Origin: Marsupella aquatica
Lineage: Eukaryota > Plantae > Marchantiophyta
DNA: 64,000 bases
Assembly: GCA_973895155.1 (NCBI GenBank)
Contig: OZ316895.1
Location: 7,490,184 to 7,554,183, forward strand
Direction of reading: 5' to 3'
Of the stretch, positions 63,517 through 64,000 are shown in pieces. A program made the translations under genes and the position numbers. Under the pieces are notes generated by a model that had not been told where the DNA came from, did not search any database, and worked only from the letters and a program-made list of their open reading frames with translations. Positions within the stretch are counted from its first letter, which is position 1; the number at the start of each line of letters is the position of its first letter.

Positions 63517-64000
63517 TCGACAGCAAAAAGCCTCTCATCCAGAGGTACTTTCCCCTCTCATCCGAATGTTCTTTCCATTTGTACTCGCTCCATGCAAGGA
63601 AAAGCAGCCAATCATCCAAATGTACTTCCTTGTGTACTGGCTCCAATGTACTTAGCAGCCTCCCATACCAATGTACTTCGCTTTGTACTAGCTTGTACTT
63701 CTTATAGTGGTTATAATATAGCAGCAGATATACCTTGCACACTATCAGTCAATGCAAGAGTCTTGTTCCCTCCACTTTCAAGTTTGTCACAAGACATTGG
63801 AGCAATTTTGTTAATCCCTTATTATGGATCTCTGAAAGAGTTGCAATGAATGAGTCCCAGAAACCATCTACCTGAATTTACTATCCACGCAAGATGACAC
63901 GTTGATTCCTCAGCATTGGTGTATCTGAGAGGGGCTCGCCACAATTCGAGCACGGGCGAAAGGCAGAGCTCATCACCTGAGTGGAAGATATACATTGCCG

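Noticed and set aside
60430-64000. ORFs at the right edge
   Set aside because: Short, low-complexity or repeat-derived; no family recognised.

Overview
Eukaryotic, almost certainly plant, nuclear DNA: GT-AG introns, a 4-exon alternative oxidase, and CACTA/MULE elements. A seed-free lineage is plausible but cannot be proven from this window. The left half holds a spliced plant membrane-protein gene (minus strand, 1997-4331), a divergent locus ending in an intron-split, bacterial-type helix-hairpin-helix protein (7266-8951), two non-autonomous MULEs with 9-bp TSDs, a GC-rich tandem repeat and an intact AOX gene (25928-28826). The right half is a three-level nest. A ~1.1-kb foldback palindrome is interrupted by a decayed Ty3/Gypsy-type retroelement (31337-59887, TG..CA ends, 4-bp TSD CCTT). 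That element is itself interrupted by a 586-bp TIR element and an 18-kb CACTA transposon. The retroelement is the most unusual object. It carries a DNMT3-like C5-cytosine methyltransferase in frame between protease and RT, a PHD finger on a DDE integrase, and a 9-copy palindrome array in its leader. Instead of two LTRs it has split direct repeats (A1-internal-B1-ac-A2-B2), a layout known from tyrosine-recombinase retroelements. The CACTA carries EDM2-like PHD fingers and tandem BRCT domains as cargo. All family assignments come from motif recognition by eye; no searches were run.
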